Shown one piece after another: positions 54,281 to 64,000 of a stretch of 64,000 nt of DNA (positions within the stretch are counted from its first letter, which is position 1; every line of letters starts with the position of its first letter). Source of the stretch: an uncultured Planctomycetia bacterium (GTDB taxonomy: Bacteria > Omnitrophota > Gorgyraeia > Duberdicusellales > Duberdicusellaceae). Both the position numbers and the translations under genes were made by a program. The notes under the pieces were generated by a model. It searched no databases, was not told the origin of the DNA, and was given only the letters and a program-made list of their open reading frames with translations. The DNA lies in contig CAZWJT010000005.1 in assembly GCA_964634935.1 (NCBI GenBank), positions 71,128 to 135,127 of the forward strand. Direction: 5' to 3'.

Positions 54281-55582
54281 TTATAGCTTGATTATATTCG
54301 CACTCTTTACCGAGTAGACATTTCGTGTATCAAAAATAACTCTGCTATTTTTCTGAAGAAAAGAATAATCAACCCCTGAGTGGTCTGTAACCAATATAAC
54401 ACAATCAAGGTTTTTCAGTAACTTCTTTGAGAGAGGCTGCGAAGAAAGTTTAAGACCGTTGATATCAAGATAAGGGATGAGCGGATCGTTATAGAAAATA
54501 TCCGCCTGCTGCGCTTTGAGCAGCTCAAGGATATCTAAAGCCGGCGATTCACGTAAATCCTTCACATCCCGCTTATAGGTTACGCCTAAAACGAGAATTT
54601 TCTTTGATTGGAGCGTAGCGGAACTTAAGATCTGTTTTATTCTTTCAACGACGTAGAAAGGCATATAACGATTTGTGAATGACGCAAGATCGATCATTTT
54701 TGTCTTAAAACCTACCTGCTTTGCTTTCCAGGAAAGATAGAGCGGGTCTTTTGGGATACAGTGTCCTCCAATTCCCGGTCCAGGATAAAATGGCATGAAA
54801 CCAAATGGTTTCGTTTTTGCCGCTTCAATCACCTCCCAAACGCTAATCTTGAGCTTTGAGCATAACATTGCAAATTCGTTAATCAAACCAATATTTACCA
54901 AACGAAAAGTATTCTCCAGGAGTTTAACAGTCTCAGCGGTTTCTATGGAAGAAACTCCGACGACTTTCTTGATAATCTTCGAATAGAGCAACTGAGTAAG
55001 CATCCGGGAATTTTCTCCGATTCCGCTTACAACTTTCGGTATTTTTGCGAGTGGATAACGCTTATTGCCCGGATCAATACGCTCAGGAGAAAAACTCAGA
55101 AAAAAATCCCTTTCTTCACAAAATCCTGATTTTCGCAAAAGTGGAAGGATGACCTCGCGTGATGTTCCAGGATAGGTTGTACTCTCAAGAATGATAAGCT
55201 GAGGAGGATGCAAGTACTTGCGGATCATTTGGGAAGCGTGAATAATATAAGAAATGTTCGGGGTCTTTACTTTTCGAAGCGGAGTTGGAACGCAAATCAG
55301 GATGACCTCGGAATCTTTGATAATCTCAGGAGAAGTGGTCGGCTTAAAAATTCCTTTTTTGATATACCCAAGGATCTCCCGCGAGTTCGTATCAGTGATA
55401 TATTCTTTGCCCTGATAGAGAGCTTCTATCCGGGCGGAATTTGTGTCATATCCATAGACAAAGAAGCCTCGCTTGGCAAACTCAAGCGCCAAAGGCAATC
55501 CCACATACCCCATCCCGATAACGCAGAGCTTTACGGTCTTCTTTTGAATCTTGTGTTGCAAAGAAACAGCGGCTTCTATCAT
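54281..55582 (-). CDS. UDP-N-acetyl-D-glucosamine/mannosamine 6-dehydrogenase family (TviB/WbpA/WecC-like)
   Basis: 'KLCVIGMGYVGLPLALEFA' N-terminal NAD fold and 'GPGIGGHCIPKD' catalytic Cys motif in a 433-aa protein. Confidence 0.65.
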   Translation of the reverse strand: MIEAAVSLQHKIQKKTVKLCVIGMGYVGLPLALEFAKRGFFVYGYDTNSARIEALYQGKEYITDTNSREILGYIKKGIFKPTTSPEIIKDSEVILICVPTPLRKVKTPNISYIIHASQMIRKYLHPPQLIILESTTYPGTSREVILPLLRKSGFCEERDFFLSFSPERIDPGNKRYPLAKIPKVVSGIGENSRMLTQLLYSKIIKKVVGVSSIETAETVKLLENTFRLVNIGLINEFAMLCSKLKISVWEVIEAAKTKPFGFMPFYPGPGIGGHCIPKDPLYLSWKAKQVGFKTKMIDLASFTNRYMPFYVVERIKQILSSATLQSKKILVLGVTYKRDVKDLRESPALDILELLKAQQADIFYNDPLIPYLDINGLKLSSQPLSKKLLKNLDCVILVTDHSGVDYSFLQKNSRVIFDTRNVYSVKSANIIKL

Positions 55583-55583
55583 G

Positions 55584-56903
55584 CTATCCTCCTAACGCAA
55601 TATAGGTAAAACCTAAGGTCTCAAGAGTGTGCCGATCGTAAAAGTTTCTCCCGTCAGCAACGAAAGGAAAACGCATTGTCTTTTTAATCGCTTTAAAATT
55701 CAGCTTTCTAAATTCATCCCAATCGGTTAAAAGCGCCAAACAGTCAGCTCCAGCCAGAACTTCTTCTGGCGAGGTAAAAAACTCAACGCCATCAACAACT
55801 GTCTTTGCTTTTTCCATTGCCTGAGGATCATAAGCGGCAATCTTTGCCCCTTCTTTCTTGAGCAACTCAATGATCTCAAGCGCCGGTGAATCACGAATAT
55901 CATCTGTGTGCGGCTTGAAAGAAAGCCCCAAAACACCGATCTTTTTCCCTTTAAGAATCCAGAGAACTTCTTTAATCTTGGAAACAAAATGAACACGCTG
56001 TGCATGATTAATATTTTTTACTTCTTCCAAAAGCTTAAAATCATACCCAACTTCTTGAGCCAGATGCAAGAACGCATCGACGTCTTTTGGAAAACAACTC
56101 CCCCCAAATCCAATCCCGGCATCAAGAAACTTCCTGCCAATCCGCTCGTCTAAACCCATTCCCAGAGCAACCTGCTTAATGTCTGCCCGAGTATACTCAC
56201 AAATCCTCGATACCGCATTGATAAAGGAAATTTTTGTCGCCAAGAATGAGTTTGAGGCATGTTTGATAAGTTCTGCGGTATTAATATCGGTCACAATAAG
56301 TGGAGCTTCCATTAACCGGTACAAATTACGTAATATCTTCTCTGCCTTTTCTGTTTCTACCCCGATAACGATCCGGTCCGGATGAAGAAAATCATAAACT
56401 GCTCTGCCTTCGCGCAGGAATTCCGGATTTGAAGCAATATCGAATTTACTGCCCGGCGGGGCGTATCGACGTATGGTCTCCTTTATCTTAAGACCTGTTT
56501 TCGCGGGTACGGTCGACTTCTCAACAATGAGCTTGTAAGCAGTGAGATTCTTGGCTATTTGTTGAGCAACGTTTTCCAGGGCGCTTAAATCGGCTTCTCC
56601 GTTAGCGAGCGGCGGCGTTCCGACTGCCAGAAAAATTATCTCTGCCTCTCTTACCCCTTCGGCAATGTGCGAAGTAAACCGGAGTAATTTTTTTTGGACG
56701 GCTGTTTTAATAATTGGTTCAAGCCCTGGCTCGTAATTTGGAATCTTTTTTTCTTTCAGTAATTTTATCTTACGCTCATCGCTATCAACGCAGATAACCG
56801 TATGTCCTAGTTTAGCAAAACAACCCGCAGCTACTAAACCGACATAACCAGCCCCGATTACGCAAAGCGAGTATGACTTTTTTTGAGTACTTTGGACAAC
56901 CAT
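55584..56903 (-). CDS. ugd: UDP-glucose 6-dehydrogenase
   Basis: 'LCVIGAGYVGLVAAGCFA' and 'GIGFGGSCFPKD' catalytic Cys motif in a 439-aa protein. Confidence 0.85.
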   Translation of the reverse strand: MVVQSTQKKSYSLCVIGAGYVGLVAAGCFAKLGHTVICVDSDERKIKLLKEKKIPNYEPGLEPIIKTAVQKKLLRFTSHIAEGVREAEIIFLAVGTPPLANGEADLSALENVAQQIAKNLTAYKLIVEKSTVPAKTGLKIKETIRRYAPPGSKFDIASNPEFLREGRAVYDFLHPDRIVIGVETEKAEKILRNLYRLMEAPLIVTDINTAELIKHASNSFLATKISFINAVSRICEYTRADIKQVALGMGLDERIGRKFLDAGIGFGGSCFPKDVDAFLHLAQEVGYDFKLLEEVKNINHAQRVHFVSKIKEVLWILKGKKIGVLGLSFKPHTDDIRDSPALEIIELLKKEGAKIAAYDPQAMEKAKTVVDGVEFFTSPEEVLAGADCLALLTDWDEFRKLNFKAIKKTMRFPFVADGRNFYDRHTLETLGFTYIALGG

Positions 56904-56909
56904 GAAGAA

Positions 56910-59018
56910 TTAACTTTCCGATTCTTGAGGACCTTTGTATGACTTACGGAAATCAACGCCTATTTCTGGGAAGGCTTTGATGCGGAAGGCAACCCAATAG
57001 GTAAATTCGCGCTCTTCTTCGCCTTGGTCATGATTGATATCAACACCAAAATCCATCTCCCAGCAATGCAAGTCACGGGTAAGAAAATATTGCTGACGCT
57101 CCAATTCCCCTGTTTTTGTTTCAAAGCGGTGATAGGTATGAAATTTCCATTTCGGACTTAACGTGTAATCAAAGCTCGTTGTAAACTGGGAAGATTCTTC
57201 ACGCGCGTAGCGATGCCCTAGGCTAAATTCGTACAAGGCACCCTTGAAAGCAACATCAGAAAGCATTTCGGTGATCGCGCGCTCTGGAACATTATATGTA
57301 GCTTTATTTTTGAGTGCGATCCAGCTAGAAGCGAACGGTTGGAACTCGAAATCAGAAGTCAGCTCCCGCAGATAGCTTCCTTTATCTTCCTGCAGAAAAT
57401 AGTAGTTTGCCGCGGGAGCAAAGTAAATCATATCCCAAACACTGTCTCCGTTCTTTGCCTGGAGTTTATTGTTTAACGTAAGCGTAAGTTTATGCTCTCT
57501 ATTCAAAACATCAATATCATCAAAATAAAGTATCCGGGAAGAACTCACTGACGGCCGATGCACATAACTATACTGGGCAGTCGGCGTAATCGTATGCTTA
57601 AATTTCTCCACCTTTAACCCGAAAATGTCAAACCCATAGTCAAAAATCTTATATATTTTTGTGCTTAATTCCACCCCAGTATCAAAAATGGTGCGGATAA
57701 GTTTTTCCCTGCCTGAAACATCTTTTGAGTATACCGTTTCTCGAATTCCAGCATACGGTTTTACATTCAGCCAGGCGAATTTATTCTGATATGAAAGCGT
57801 GTTATGGCTGTCAAAGCGCACAACATCATTATCGATTGCTGAAGAAGCGTTTTTCCGGGTAAGATTTGAGAAAGATGAGGTGGAGCTCACGTAAAAATTA
57901 CTCACCCCAATCGGACGACTGAACACATCGAGTTTCACCTCAGGCAAATATTCAGTCTGAGTAACAAACTTGTTGAAACGCTTCTGAGCGTTTAACGATA
58001 CTGTGGAATACCCGAGAGAACGCTGGAGAAGCATATATGACAATGGTTGATTATCCCGCTCATACTCCCGGTAGAAATAATCTTTCATAAAATCCCGATC
58101 GGAAAACTTGTGAAGCTCAAGATGTAAGTTCGTTTTCGGGTCAATATCCCAAAAATGGCGCAGTTGGATCTTGTAACGATTGTGTCCGGTATCAGTCAAC
58201 TCATCGAATGATGTCCCGGCTTTGTCATTGATGTAGTATAACTTCAGTAAACCATTGCCAAAATTCTTGCTGTCGATTTTGTGAGTGATGCCCCGCCCAA
58301 ATCCTTTCCGTGAATAATAATCGAGGTGGAGCCTGCCCTTAAACTCTTCATTAAAGTAATACCTCCAGGCAGAAAGCATATACATGCCCATATCATCGTC
58401 TCGACCAGGACTTAAAGTTACCCGGGGACGATTCTCGTTCAAAGGTTGCAAGAAAAATGGAATATAAAACACGGGTAATTTTCCGATTCTCAAAAATACA
58501 TGCCGAGCAACCATCTTATCGCCCGGATAAAACAATACCTGCTTAGCCGTAAAACGATAATGAGGAACATCGAGATCGCAGGTCGTAAAATACCCGTTCT
58601 GCATCATGTATTTTTTGTCCGAAACCTTCTCAGCATTCACCGCCCATGCGTAAAACGGGCTTGAATGGATTTTCATCTCGATAATCTGGGCAGTCCTGTT
58701 CTTAAAATCATAGCTGACTTTGGTCCCGTAAATATCCCCTTTGGAATGTTCAATTTTTACGTTACCTTCAAGCTCAGCAGTTGTATCCTGATTATTCACT
58801 GAAGCTTTATCGCATGTGACAGTGATATCCCGATAGGTGATTTTTACGTGTCCCTGCGCCTCCATCCGTTGAGCCTCACTGTTGTAAAAAACATTGTCAC
58901 CGTTCACTACAACTGGAAATTTTTCTTGGGTTGGCGCAGCACCATCAGCGTAAATTCCAAAAAAAGATACGAAAAATAAAATACCGAGAAAGAAAAGAAT
59001 GCGCATCCGCTTATCCAT
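56910..59018 (-). CDS. lptD: LPS-assembly protein LptD (OstA family)
   Basis: Signal peptide, an N-terminal OstA-like beta-jellyroll ('[26 protein letters not shown]'), a large C-terminal beta-barrel region, and length 702 aa. Confidence 0.6.
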   Translation of the reverse strand: MDKRMRILFFLGILFFVSFFGIYADGAAPTQEKFPVVVNGDNVFYNSEAQRMEAQGHVKITYRDITVTCDKASVNNQDTTAELEGNVKIEHSKGDIYGTKVSYDFKNRTAQIIEMKIHSSPFYAWAVNAEKVSDKKYMMQNGYFTTCDLDVPHYRFTAKQVLFYPGDKMVARHVFLRIGKLPVFYIPFFLQPLNENRPRVTLSPGRDDDMGMYMLSAWRYYFNEEFKGRLHLDYYSRKGFGRGITHKIDSKNFGNGLLKLYYINDKAGTSFDELTDTGHNRYKIQLRHFWDIDPKTNLHLELHKFSDRDFMKDYFYREYERDNQPLSYMLLQRSLGYSTVSLNAQKRFNKFVTQTEYLPEVKLDVFSRPIGVSNFYVSSTSSFSNLTRKNASSAIDNDVVRFDSHNTLSYQNKFAWLNVKPYAGIRETVYSKDVSGREKLIRTIFDTGVELSTKIYKIFDYGFDIFGLKVEKFKHTITPTAQYSYVHRPSVSSSRILYFDDIDVLNREHKLTLTLNNKLQAKNGDSVWDMIYFAPAANYYFLQEDKGSYLRELTSDFEFQPFASSWIALKNKATYNVPERAITEMLSDVAFKGALYEFSLGHRYAREESSQFTTSFDYTLSPKWKFHTYHRFETKTGELERQQYFLTRDLHCWEMDFGVDINHDQGEEEREFTYWVAFRIKAFPEIGVDFRKSYKGPQESES

Positions 59019-59670
59019 TCGCTAAACAATGGTTGAGTGTTGCCCAATCGTTCAGAAACTTTTTAATACCAGCGTCGGTTAAAGGATGTTTCAAGAGCTG
59101 AGCAATAACTTTAAAGGGAATTGTTGCCACTTCAGCGCCAAGCCGCGCCGCCTCAAGAACATGAATCGGATGGCGGATTGAAGCAACAATGATTTCAGTG
59201 GAAAATTTGTAGTTGGCAAAAACCTGCCGGATATCAGCAATCAATTTCATCCCTTCGGCTGAAACATCATCTAGTCTCCCCACGAAAGGAGACACGTAGG
59301 TTGCCCCCGCCTTCGCAACCAAGAGAGCCTGGAGTGGAGAAAAGCAAAGAGTAAGATTCGTCTTGATGCCCTGCTCGGTAAGAATTTTTGTTGCTTTCAG
59401 CCCTTCTTCGGTAACCGGAATCTTAATGACGATGTTCCCGGCTATCTGAACCAAAGTTTTTGCTTCCTGAATGATTCCCGCACACTCGGCGCTGATTACC
59501 TCAGCGCTGACCGGACCTTTGACAATTGCGCAGATTTTCATAAGTTGCTTTTCAGGAGCCGTTTTCTCAAGGGCAAGAAGCGTAGGATTGGTGGTTACCC
59601 CGTCTAAAACACCAAGGTCATTTGCCTTTTTAATCTCGTCAATATTTGCAGTATCAATAAAGATTTTCAT
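59011..59670 (-). CDS. Transaldolase / fructose-6-phosphate aldolase (short Fsa/TalC type)
   Basis: '[32 protein letters not shown]' with Schiff-base Lys region 'IVIKIPVT'. It is 219 aa. Confidence 0.85.
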   Translation of the reverse strand: MKIFIDTANIDEIKKANDLGVLDGVTTNPTLLALEKTAPEKQLMKICAIVKGPVSAEVISAECAGIIQEAKTLVQIAGNIVIKIPVTEEGLKATKILTEQGIKTNLTLCFSPLQALLVAKAGATYVSPFVGRLDDVSAEGMKLIADIRQVFANYKFSTEIIVASIRHPIHVLEAARLGAEVATIPFKVIAQLLKHPLTDAGIKKFLNDWATLNHCLANG

Positions 59671-59781
59671 TTATTTGTGGCTGGTGAAGAATCAATATGG
59701 GATATACTATATCTTAAATTACAAAAAAAGTAAATATAAAAATAAGCCTAAAAATGGCGTAGATAATTTCCGGTTTTTGGG

Positions 59782-59787
59782 TATAAT
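59782..59787 (+). promoter_or_regulatory. Candidate -10 hexamer TATAAT 11 nt upstream of tRNA-Leu(CAG)
   Basis: The 'gggtataataaaatcttct' sequence lies immediately upstream of the tRNA 5' end. The -35 is weak. Confidence 0.3.
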
Positions 59788-59797
59788 AAAATCTTCT

Positions 59798-59882
59798 GCG
59801 GAAGTGGCGGAACTGGCATACGCGCAGGTCTCAGAAGCCTGTGTCGCAAGACTTGAGGGTTCAAATCCCTCCTTCCGCACCA
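59798..59882 (+). tRNA. tRNA-Leu (anticodon CAG), 85 nt, CCA encoded
   Basis: Manual fold gives acceptor GCGGAAG/CTTCCGC, anticodon stem CAGGT/GCCTG with loop CTCAGAA, long variable arm, T-arm GAGGG-TTCAAAT-CCCTC, and 3' ACCA. Confidence 0.8.
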
Positions 59883-60004
59883 GTTATCATTTTCATTTCA
59901 AAATGGAAAAAAAACCCGGTTGTTTTGACGTTAAAAATATCCGCTTGATTTCCAACCTGCTGCGAAGAATAATTCTTTACCGCCAGCTGCATCAAAAATC
60001 TTCC

Positions 60005-60029
60005 TCTCTCTTAGCATTTTAAAGAGAGA
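60005..60029 (-). terminator. Candidate rho-independent terminator for the alpha/beta-hydrolase gene
   Basis: An 8-bp stem tctctctt/aagagaga with a 9-nt loop is followed on the minus strand by 'GGAAGATTTTT'. Confidence 0.35.
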
Positions 60030-60043
60030 AACCACGACAAACA

Positions 60044-61171
60044 TCATGGCTCGTCGGTGACATGCAACTCTTGAACAGCCACCCCATCGCTCCATACCCC
60101 CATAGAACGCTGCTTTGGCGTATTGCCTAAGGCATATTCCTGGTCCTTGCCGAAAAAAGCTGCCCCATAAAGCCCGTCAAAGAGCTTCCAAAGGCCATAA
60201 TAGTCAAGAGCATTGACCGAACATTTCCCGCGATTCACGGCGTTGTGCAAATAATCCAGCCTGTGATCAGCTTCAGTCTTCCTTTGCGCAAGGCGTTGTC
60301 GAATTTTTGGTCTTGCATAAGACTCTTGCCTATTCCGCAGTCCGCCAGTTTTTTTCTTCTGCTCTACATTATATGCCTCGTTGACTGCGACGGGGGCGAA
60401 ATGATCCGCCTCTAATGCCGGTACCCCATGAGCATCTGAAACCATCACCACAAAGTCTTTTTGATGTAGAGGAATCTGTCTAGCTCCTTTGAATATCTTT
60501 TTAGCATCTACATCTTGAACAACCTGATCATGATCACCCACCACAACTAATAAAAGCGTGTCCGAAGTAATAGAACTAAGATCGTCGAGCGGGATTGCAA
60601 CACGTTCGCTCTTTGCCCACGTCTTACCGGGCTGCACGCACATAATGGCTTTAGGGACAGGTAAACCTGCGCTGGCAGCAAGGGCTGCCATATTAGCGGT
60701 AATCAACCCACCCGCCGAATGCCCAAGTATGGCAAATTTCTCCATATCTGGCTGTACATATCTTTTGACATCGGCTCTCATGCACTCAAGAGCATTTTTA
60801 ACCGCCGCGATTGCGTTCGGAGTTATCTTGTTCGTCGGATACCGCCATTCTTCTTCATCTTGATAAACGGGATAAACAACGATATTGCCCCGGCGCACAA
60901 GGTGTTCAATCCAGGCTCCGTATGTTGCCGGATTGGTCCCACCCCATCCATGGTTGAAAACGATAAGCGGTGCCTGTGCCGGCTTAGGATCGTCCGGTTC
61001 GAAGATCCAGCTTTTCGTATCTCCTTGACCGCATGCGCTCTTGGTAACGACTCGATGATGATATACGCTTCCGCCCGGTTCTGAGGTTTTCGGTTGAGAC
61101 GGAGGCACTGCAGCATAAGCACCCTGCCCAATCAACAACACTACAGTTGTGACCATCATCCTTTTCGTCAT
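60044..61171 (-). CDS. Secreted alpha/beta-hydrolase fold esterase/lipase
   Basis: Signal peptide 'MVTTVVLLIGQGAYAA' and nucleophile elbow 'GHSAGG' (GxSxG). It is 375 aa. Confidence 0.6.
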   Translation of the reverse strand: MTKRMMVTTVVLLIGQGAYAAVPPSQPKTSEPGGSVYHHRVVTKSACGQGDTKSWIFEPDDPKPAQAPLIVFNHGWGGTNPATYGAWIEHLVRRGNIVVYPVYQDEEEWRYPTNKITPNAIAAVKNALECMRADVKRYVQPDMEKFAILGHSAGGLITANMAALAASAGLPVPKAIMCVQPGKTWAKSERVAIPLDDLSSITSDTLLLVVVGDHDQVVQDVDAKKIFKGARQIPLHQKDFVVMVSDAHGVPALEADHFAPVAVNEAYNVEQKKKTGGLRNRQESYARPKIRQRLAQRKTEADHRLDYLHNAVNRGKCSVNALDYYGLWKLFDGLYGAAFFGKDQEYALGNTPKQRSMGVWSDGVAVQELHVTDEP

Positions 61172-61196
61172 TATGGCATCCTCCTGTCGGTTTGAT

Positions 61197-62321
61197 TTAC
61201 TTCTGTCTTAAAGCCTGCCCTTCTATTTTCTGAATCAGCATCTTCCCGAGCCGTTGGCCGGGTAGCTCAACAAGCCGGTACGTAACATAAGAAACTCCGA
61301 TACAAATAAAGAGAGCGAGAATAAACCGGGGGATACAATCAAGCGGATTTCCGGGAATAAAATTAACTAACCCGGATTGCTGCAAAAAATAATACACCAT
61401 GTCCTGTACAAGATATATGCTGAAACTAATTCTTCCGACAAACACCGTAAATCTATTCACAAAGAATTTTACCGGAAAGCGGAAAAGGGTAAAAACAAAA
61501 AAAGCAAGACCAATGCTCCGAGAAAAATGCTGAGAAAAAATATGAAATCCTCCGGGTTGAACAAAGACAACCGCACTGAGAATAAGCCAGAAACGCCAGG
61601 ACAATTGTTGCCCTTTATTGGACACAGCCTGTTGAGCCCGTATGACATGGAACAGGGTTACCCCAAGAAGAAAAACCGGCAACTGGGCGGGGAAAAAAAA
61701 GTACAGGTATTCACCCCAAAAATGCTGGTTTGGTATCGGAGGATACCGATAGAGAAAAGTTACTAAAACCTTGGCAAAAAACCCGGAACCAATTGCCCAC
61801 CAAAAAGCCTTTGATAGCGTAGTGATCGTCCGGAACAAAAAAGGCAAAGTCAGATAAAACATCATTTCAACCGCGATTGACCATCCCCCAGGAACAATGC
61901 TGTTTATCCAGTAGGGGTTGATGCCATTTAAAAAAGTTACGGTGCTGAGAATATTCCAAATTCCAATATATGGGGTATCATTCAGCCAATAGCGGGGACC
62001 GAAGCCATAGAGTAAAAGGTATCCGAATACCGCCAAGTAGAACAGCGGAGCGATGCGGAAAAATCTACGGATAAAAAAGTTTATGAATGGATGCTTCTCT
62101 TTCTTCCGGCGGCTCTCAAGCGAAAAAAATAAAGTAAGAGCGCTGACGATGTAAAAAAGCTGAACCCCCAGCCCTCCGCTGAAAACAAGAAAACTGAACC
62201 AATCTGGATAGGTATTGTCCCCATACTGCCGGGTATGAGCAAAGACAACAAGCATGATTGCCCATCCACGTAATGCATCAATATAGGGAAATTTTTGAAG
62301 ATCAACCTCGTTGCCGTTCAT
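61197..62321 (-). CDS. Acyltransferase family 3 (OatA-like) membrane O-acyltransferase
   Basis: A 10-TM protein with N-terminal 'FPYIDALRGWAIMLVVFAHT', characteristic of PF01757. Confidence 0.7.
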   Translation of the reverse strand: MNGNEVDLQKFPYIDALRGWAIMLVVFAHTRQYGDNTYPDWFSFLVFSGGLGVQLFYIVSALTLFFSLESRRKKEKHPFINFFIRRFFRIAPLFYLAVFGYLLLYGFGPRYWLNDTPYIGIWNILSTVTFLNGINPYWINSIVPGGWSIAVEMMFYLTLPFLFRTITTLSKAFWWAIGSGFFAKVLVTFLYRYPPIPNQHFWGEYLYFFFPAQLPVFLLGVTLFHVIRAQQAVSNKGQQLSWRFWLILSAVVFVQPGGFHIFSQHFSRSIGLAFFVFTLFRFPVKFFVNRFTVFVGRISFSIYLVQDMVYYFLQQSGLVNFIPGNPLDCIPRFILALFICIGVSYVTYRLVELPGQRLGKMLIQKIEGQALRQK

Positions 62322-62458
62322 AAAAGATTTTGACTAAAAGAACCATGCGGAAGAAAAATATCCCAGCGTTATTATACACTCATCGTGCATTTCTCCTATG
62401 GATTTTTTCCTATTTTATTGCACTTTGCGGAGAATAAAACATACAGTATAATATTTTT

Positions 62459-63478
62459 GTGGATATTCGGATAAACCGTGCGCTCACAAAATTACAAGGA
62501 GTAGCCGCTTATCTTTTTACCATTCTCAGTTTATGCCTTGTGAATCTCTTCATGCCTTCTGCGCCAAAAATAAAGATTGCGCAAACTCCTGACTTTAGAA
62601 CAGAAAAAGACATCCTCGCTGAATTAACCAAGAAAATTGGCCAGCACCAACATGCCTCTTTTGAGTTTATCGTCGATATGCTGGCAATCCTGTTGATTAC
62701 GGTGATCGCTATCGGCACTATCCTGGATGTAGCGTATCTCAAGAAAATCCGAACAGAGAAAAAGCCAGCCCTTGCGGGACTACTTCCGGGTATCTCAGGA
62801 AAAGAATTTCTGCGGATTACTTCCATCACCATGCTTTTCTACACGATTCTCAAGCTCACGGTAAACTTTTTGGCCGCCTCCCCGGGTCAAATGGTCGGAG
62901 TAACACTCTTGATTAATTTATTTTTCCAGGGCGCAATTCTCTGTACGCTGATACGTTATACAACAATCAACACTCTAAGATTACGCGCGCGGGAAATACT
63001 CAAAAAACCATTTTTGGTTTTTAAGGCATATCTCATGTGCATTCCCTTCCTCTTTTTGGCACTTCTCGCTACGAATCTACTTACAAAAATACTGAAAATA
63101 CCTTTTAGTCCTCAGGCAGCTGTACAATTTCTTTCAGAGGTACGACACAATCCATTCTTTACCGCAGTGATGGTAACCCAGATTGTTCTGATCGGGCCGT
63201 TCCTTGAAGAATTATTGTTCCGAGGAATACTCTATCGTTTTCTGCGTTCTCGGTTTTCTCTGTCATTCTCAATTTTTGTAAGCGCGGTTGCTTTTGGACT
63301 TTTGCACACGCATTTGTTCTCATTCCTGCCAATCGTCGTTCTGGGAGGAGCTCTCGCATATCTTTATGAAAAAACAGAGAACCTCATCTTCCCTGTTGCT
63401 TTCCATGCTCTGCATAACCTGGTGAACCTGGGAATACTGATGTTACTTGAACGATTTATGAAGGCTTTCGTCCTGTAA
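62459..63478 (+). CDS. CPBP-family (CAAX/Abi) intramembrane glutamic endopeptidase
   Basis: 'GPFLEELLFRG', 'FGLLH' and 'FHALHN' motifs on consecutive TM helices. It uses a GTG start. Confidence 0.75.
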   Translation: MDIRINRALTKLQGVAAYLFTILSLCLVNLFMPSAPKIKIAQTPDFRTEKDILAELTKKIGQHQHASFEFIVDMLAILLITVIAIGTILDVAYLKKIRTEKKPALAGLLPGISGKEFLRITSITMLFYTILKLTVNFLAASPGQMVGVTLLINLFFQGAILCTLIRYTTINTLRLRAREILKKPFLVFKAYLMCIPFLFLALLATNLLTKILKIPFSPQAAVQFLSEVRHNPFFTAVMVTQIVLIGPFLEELLFRGILYRFLRSRFSLSFSIFVSAVAFGLLHTHLFSFLPIVVLGGALAYLYEKTENLIFPVAFHALHNLVNLGILMLLERFMKAFVL

Positions 63479-63486
63479 GCGCGGAA

Positions 63487-64000
63487 TCAGGAATTGATAA
63501 TATCACGAAAATCCAAGGGTAACCCTAACATCTCTTTGGCGCTCTTAATCCGCTGGTAGATAAATGGATGCGTTCTAAAGTACTCCATCGGGCGGGCGGG
63601 TTCTTTTTTATGCACTTCTTCAAGCTTGGTGAATACCCCGAGGCTTGCTTCCGGTTGAAAACCTGCTTTTTTGGCATATTCGATACCGAGCTTATCCGCA
63701 AGCAGTTCATCTTCCTGCGCATAACCGCTTAAAACCGTTGCCAAAGCTAAGGTAATCCCCTGAGGCAATCCTCCAGTCGAAGGAGCCTGCGTGCTGGCAA
63801 TCATTAAAATATTGTAACCCAGAACTGCCTGCAGTCTTTTAATCGCATGCCGAGCGACAACATGCGCTACTTCATGCCCAAGCACAAAAGCAACCTCGTC
63901 ATCGCTTTCGAGGATATCCAAAAGTCCTTTGTGGATATACACAAACCCACCTGGAAGGCTAAAGGCATTCTTCTTCTCGTCATGAATCACATAAAAACGA
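63487..64000 (-). CDS. M48 family peptidase (BepA/YfgC-like), N-terminally truncated by the window edge
   Basis: HExxH 'LGHEVAHVVARH' with 'GGFVYIHKGLL'. The ORF runs off the end of the window. Confidence 0.65.
   Translation of the reverse strand, partial: RFYVIHDEKKNAFSLPGGFVYIHKGLLDILESDDEVAFVLGHEVAHVVARHAIKRLQAVLGYNILMIASTQAPSTGGLPQGITLALATVLSGYAQEDELLADKLGIEYAKKAGFQPEASLGVFTKLEEVHKKEPARPMEYFRTHPFIYQRIKSAKEMLGLPLDFRDIINS

Noticed and set aside
59471-60022. 183-aa plus-strand ORF
   Set aside because: It runs antisense through the transaldolase gene and then straight across tRNA-Leu(CAG) and its terminator region. The composition is low-complexity, so it is almost certainly a spurious open frame.
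1-64000. CRISPR arrays, transposases, integrases, phage genes, toxin-antitoxin pairs
   Set aside because: I scanned for regularly spaced direct repeats and for DDE, tyrosine-recombinase or phage-structural motifs in all listed ORFs and found none. The tRNA-adjacent giant gene lies on the 5' side of tRNA-Leu(GAG), which is not the usual 3'-end integration geometry.

Overview
The window is a dense bacterial chromosomal segment of roughly 60 protein genes and three tRNAs. About 55 genes lie on the minus strand; only four CDS and one tRNA are on the plus strand. LptD, MlaFED, an OMP and a PEP-CTERM-like tail indicate a diderm organism. I make no taxonomic assignment. Apart from one short (TTC/CTC)n trinucleotide tract, gene-sized ORFs fill most of the sequence. 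Recognisable housekeeping genes are dnaX-recR, rnhB, yraN, rplS, era, lysC, a long-form LeuA/CimA synthase, a transaldolase and a UDP-sugar cluster (ugd, uxs, a TviB/TviC-like pair) next to lptD. The accessory content is: (1) a 2,039-aa giant protein (35484..41603) with an internal HExxH zincin-like motif and a C-terminal GGDEF-like (GGDEI) domain, followed immediately by a small PilZ-like gene and flanked by tRNA-Leu and an Lrp regulator. (2) Three further c-di-GMP effector candidates, including a PilZ-TM-coiled-coil-(alpha/alpha)6 glycosidase-like fusion. (3) Three tandem GH57 genes with a DUF4912 and a DUF2934 partner. (4) A partner-switching module (RsbW-like kinase, STAS, CHASE2-PP2C phosphatase) interleaved with MlaFED. 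(5) A beta-propeller repeat protein with a PEP-CTERM-like tail and identical intragenic repeats. (6) An ApgM-family gene next to lysC that may be an alternative homoserine kinase. (7) Seven membrane or secreted proteases (M48 x2, M50, CPBP, M20, transglutaminase-like, retropepsin-like). I found no CRISPR arrays, transposases or integrases. All calls rest on motifs read directly from the ORF translations; no database search was run.
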